Of a stretch of DNA of 64,000 nt, positions 63,365 through 64,000 are shown one piece after another (positions within the stretch are counted from its first letter, which is position 1; the number at the start of each line of letters is the position of its first letter). A model generated the notes under the pieces. The model was given only the letters and a program-made list of their open reading frames with translations. It was not told where the DNA came from and ran no database searches. The position numbers and the translations under genes were made by a program. The DNA comes from Pavona decussata (lineage: Eukaryota): the NCBI GenBank assembly GCA_977016875.1, contig CDRNST010000013.1, forward strand, positions 1,612,001 to 1,676,000, written 5' to 3'.

Positions 63365-63670
63365 ACAATCTTATTTCAAGTTAAAATTAAAAAGTTAAAA
63401 TGTGGCGAACGTAAACAATCTATGGGAGATGCAGAACGGATGGTCTCTTTCAAGTGCATGTATCAAAGTTCCTGCGTGAACATGGATACATCTCTGAAGC
63501 TAATTACATTGACATTGTGGCTGGTTGGCACAAAGCAGCTGACAGAAGAGGTCTAACTGAATTGCAGCAAAGCAAGAGAAATTATGCAATGCTCAACATG
63601 ATACTGGACGAGTGGATGCCTTGGCCTAGGGAAAATCCAGACCTTTCAACTATTGACGTTAACACTTATA
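63365..63670 (+). pseudogene. Transposase-like fragment (possibly P-related)
   Basis: KQSMGDAERMVS..V..FLREHGY..EANYI.IVAGWH.A.D.RGL...ILDEWMPW. Confidence 0.4.
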
Positions 63671-64000
63671 CTAAAGAACATTTTATGCTCAGGAATTGAG
63701 CATGTGAATTCATTATACTGAATCACGTATCAACATTGCCACAGTGTGTTGGTTGACAGTCTGCATGGTATACAAATGTCAGTTAAAAAATTGGCAAAAT
63801 GTTTGTTGTCCGTTAAATTGTGGGCTGTTTATTAGTTGTCATTGAATTGGCTAATAGTGAATAACTGTCGTGTTGCAGATGTTAGGGTGAAAAAACATGA
63901 GTTTTCATTATTGTGGGGAGGGGAAGTGGTACCCCCCTCCCCCAAGATCAAAGAAAACGTTTTTTGCCCCAGCATGGAAGCAACATTACTGCTTCTTTCA

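Overview
Eukaryotic, AT-rich and almost entirely made of nested, mostly decayed transposable elements. GT-AG introns and the repeat types suggest an invertebrate, probably a cnidarian/stony coral (inference). No intact host gene was recognised. From left to right: a spliced Mutator/Phantom-type transposase (PHD+FLYWCH+MULE) with its right end; a complete 7.9-kb P-superfamily element (4347-12244, perfect 31-bp TIRs, 7-bp TSD) carrying two convergent genes; a Crypton tyrosine-recombinase element; a Sola3-like element (16719-31280, TTAA TSD, ~1-kb TIRs) hosting a DIRS/Ngaro retroelement (itself split by a MITE), a Merlin fragment and a young L1/Tx1 LINE; remnants of an IS3EU-like integrase, an SF3 helicase and MULE-like transposases; a local tandem duplication; an L2/CR1 LINE; an Academ-like MITE with a RecQ fragment; the 5' half of an L1; a kinase pseudogene; and an EnSpm/CACTA transposase. 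Most interesting: the P element's transposase has no THAP domain and stops shortly after the catalytic Glu. The YIAGY...RGGL C-terminal domain normally fused to P transposases is instead in a separate, convergent, spliced C2H2-finger gene in the same element, which suggests a two-component (split) P transposase.
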